DNA of 64,000 nucleotides from positions 558,001 through 622,000 of the forward strand of contig NIVC01000227.1 in the NCBI GenBank assembly GCA_002269645.1, in the 5' to 3' direction. The stretch comes from Macrostomum lignano. Lineage: Eukaryota. A program made the position numbers and the translations under genes. Within the stretch, counting starts at the first letter, position 1; every line of letters begins with the position of its first letter. The notes beneath the pieces were generated by a model. The model saw nothing but the letters and a program-made list of their open reading frames with translations. It was not told the DNA's origin and ran no database searches. Positions 62,387-64,000 of the stretch are shown piece by piece.

Positions 62387-62651
62387 GAGGCTTTTCATAT
62401 TACCAATTCCAGAATCAGAATCGGTTCGGATGTTCTTAGAAAAACAGCATGCAGTATATAACTATTCAATTGTTGAATGTTTGACTGCCTTAACAACCTC
62501 ACTTAGCACAATTTTTCACTTTCTTCTTGGCGATTGTCATTCAATAATAAAAACTTTATAGCACGTATCTCCCTCTAGGTATGGAGACAAAAAGTTATAC
62601 TTCACAAATTGGTTCTGGTTCTGGAACCAGAACAGGCAATATGAAAGGCCC
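62387..62651. mobile_element. Second copy of the Harbinger-like MITE (opposite orientation)
   Basis: Internal sequence is the reverse complement of 38678-38936. Flanked by AGG/AGG. Confidence 0.7.
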
Positions 62652-62903
62652 AGGAACGGAGCTTTTGTATTTCTAGCTCCGGCGTGCAAAGGTTAAAATG
62701 CTAATTCACCTCAATTTTATAGTTACCAACTGCAAAAAGTTGTAAAGTTTGAGCAAGACCGCAATCGCATTAAACTAAAACTTGCTGGATTACATAGCGT
62801 GTATGTGTCTAAATACCGATTGAGAAAGGTTTAAATACACTAGAAAGTACAAAAAATCACAGACGATCAAAATTCACGAAAAATTGATAGATATTAGACT
62901 CAC

Positions 62904-63202
62904 TTTTCACCGGGGGTCACTAGATCTTCCAACATAACAACGGAGCCATGTCTGCAGATGCCGGAAAACAGACCGAATACGTCGTACAGCCGATGCTGAG
63001 ATGCTGAGAGCAAGCTTTCGCCCCGACCAGCCCTCCAATTAGCGCAGGAGTCGTCCGCCGCTGTGACATTGGACTCGATATCGGGGGTGATAAAGTACCC
63101 AGCTTCTGCTTGAACTGAGTGGCCCGAATTCGCCGTCACTTTGTGCTTCATGCCGAAGCACGCGTCCAAGAGCAGAAAGAGTGGCTTTGAGGACACGCCA
63201 CC
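62904..63202 (-). CDS. KDZ/Zisupton-family transposase, exon with first catalytic Asp (upstream exons not resolved)
   Basis: LLLDACFGMKHK...CANWRAG...DVFGLFSGICRHG...PGEK. Acceptor TACTACAG|GGT, donor AA|GTGAGT (phase 2), matching the next exon. Confidence 0.8.
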
Positions 63203-63242
63203 CTGTAGTACAAAGAGGAACGAAGAGATACAACGTATGCAT

Positions 63243-63607
63243 TTATTATTTTTTTTTATTAAAGGCAGGGGGTTGTGTGCACCCAGGCGCACTTTAAGCG
63301 TCATTGGCACATAACCGGCGAGAGGCATTACTGCCCATTCCGCCGACTCCCCTGAGCAGGCAGACAAGCGCGCGGATACGTACGCAGGCACACACTCACA
63401 CAGGAGTGTACAGCGGCCCTAACTTTATTTTATCGTTAGGCATGTACACTTCACTGCGCCTTGGGATGTTGGCTCTCAAGGCCGTTAATTGCACGAGCAG
63501 AGCCAAGCCGAGATTCCAATTCAGCCCCAAATTAATGGCTGCACTTGGAATCGAGCCTGGGTCGCTGGCACACCAGAGCAGCTGCGCTACCGCTGGGCTA
63601 CGGCCCC
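63243..63607 (-). mobile_element. tRNA-derived SINE
   Basis: Head GGGGCCG-TAGCCCAGCGG (A box) and GGCTCGATTCC (B box, one mismatch); the acceptor stem does not pair, so it is not a tRNA. About 280-bp body and A-rich tail. Related fragments at about 543-590 and 36385-36435. Confidence 0.65.
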
Positions 63608-64000
63608 CTAACGTATGCATATAAGGTTGCAAAAAGTTGCAAAGCAACCAAAAAACAGAATGATAAGTATAAATGCTAATTAACAGTAGAAACCCCAAAG
63701 AGGGGGAACGCACTTCTGACGATTTTTTTGCTGCGCCCGAACGGAGCAACTCAGGCGCACGAAATTCAAGAACAAGGTTTAACTTTTTGTTGCGCACTTT
63801 ATGAAAAATAAATCAAGTCACCACCCTTTCGGGCTGTCGAGATAATCAACGATTTTTCCAGGTAGGATTTTCCCATTCGTGCTAATGTATTCAGAACACC
63901 CCACACTCGAGTCAACCCTGTCTCAGCGCTGCCTTGCTGAGCCTTCATACGTCATCAGTGTCTTGAAAACATGTGCCTGCATCGCCTCTAGAAGCAGCGA

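Noticed and set aside
63540-63607. tRNA gene
   Set aside because: A/B boxes are present but the acceptor stem cannot pair and the sequence continues into a SINE-like body.
63700-64000. Upstream KDZ exon(s)
   Set aside because: All three minus frames contain stops and no clear CxC or CPAC motif is visible; needs sequence beyond the window.

Overview
Eukaryotic (metazoan-type) genomic DNA: spliceosomal introns, GC-rich exons, AT-rich flanks and very dense minisatellites and transposon relics. An invertebrate such as the flatworm Macrostomum is my guess, not something the sequence proves. Host genes: (1) a two-exon SID-1/SIDT-family membrane protein on + (about 4027-8193, one 1-bp frameshift); (2) two head-to-tail paralogues on - of a stand-alone ~430-aa lysine-ketoglutarate reductase / saccharopine dehydrogenase (Lys-forming)-like enzyme (copy A 17454-14626, 3 exons; copy B 37525-21081, 4 exons). 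Their motifs look like the bacterial (Bacteroidota-type) single-domain family rather than animal AASS, and they share one intron position while differing at three others; (3) a tentative spliced HMG-box-like gene (43946-47379). Mobile DNA: a 1.5-kb non-autonomous LTR element (TRIM-like; LTRs, PBS, PPT and 4-bp TSD all visible) inserted in a 21-bp satellite and duplicated with it inside a 12.7-kb intron of copy B; a 6.6-kb TTAA-flanked fold-back with the same mariner relic in both arms; an intron-containing KDZ/Zisupton transposase with catalytic motifs intact; a tyrosine-recombinase (Crypton/DUF3504-like) relic; a degenerate mariner; a LINE 3' end; a tRNA-headed SINE; several MITEs. The giant ORFs in the track (ILNHGMV/VKDHHTM etc.) are repeat artefacts. 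Family assignments come from motifs recalled from memory; no database search was run.
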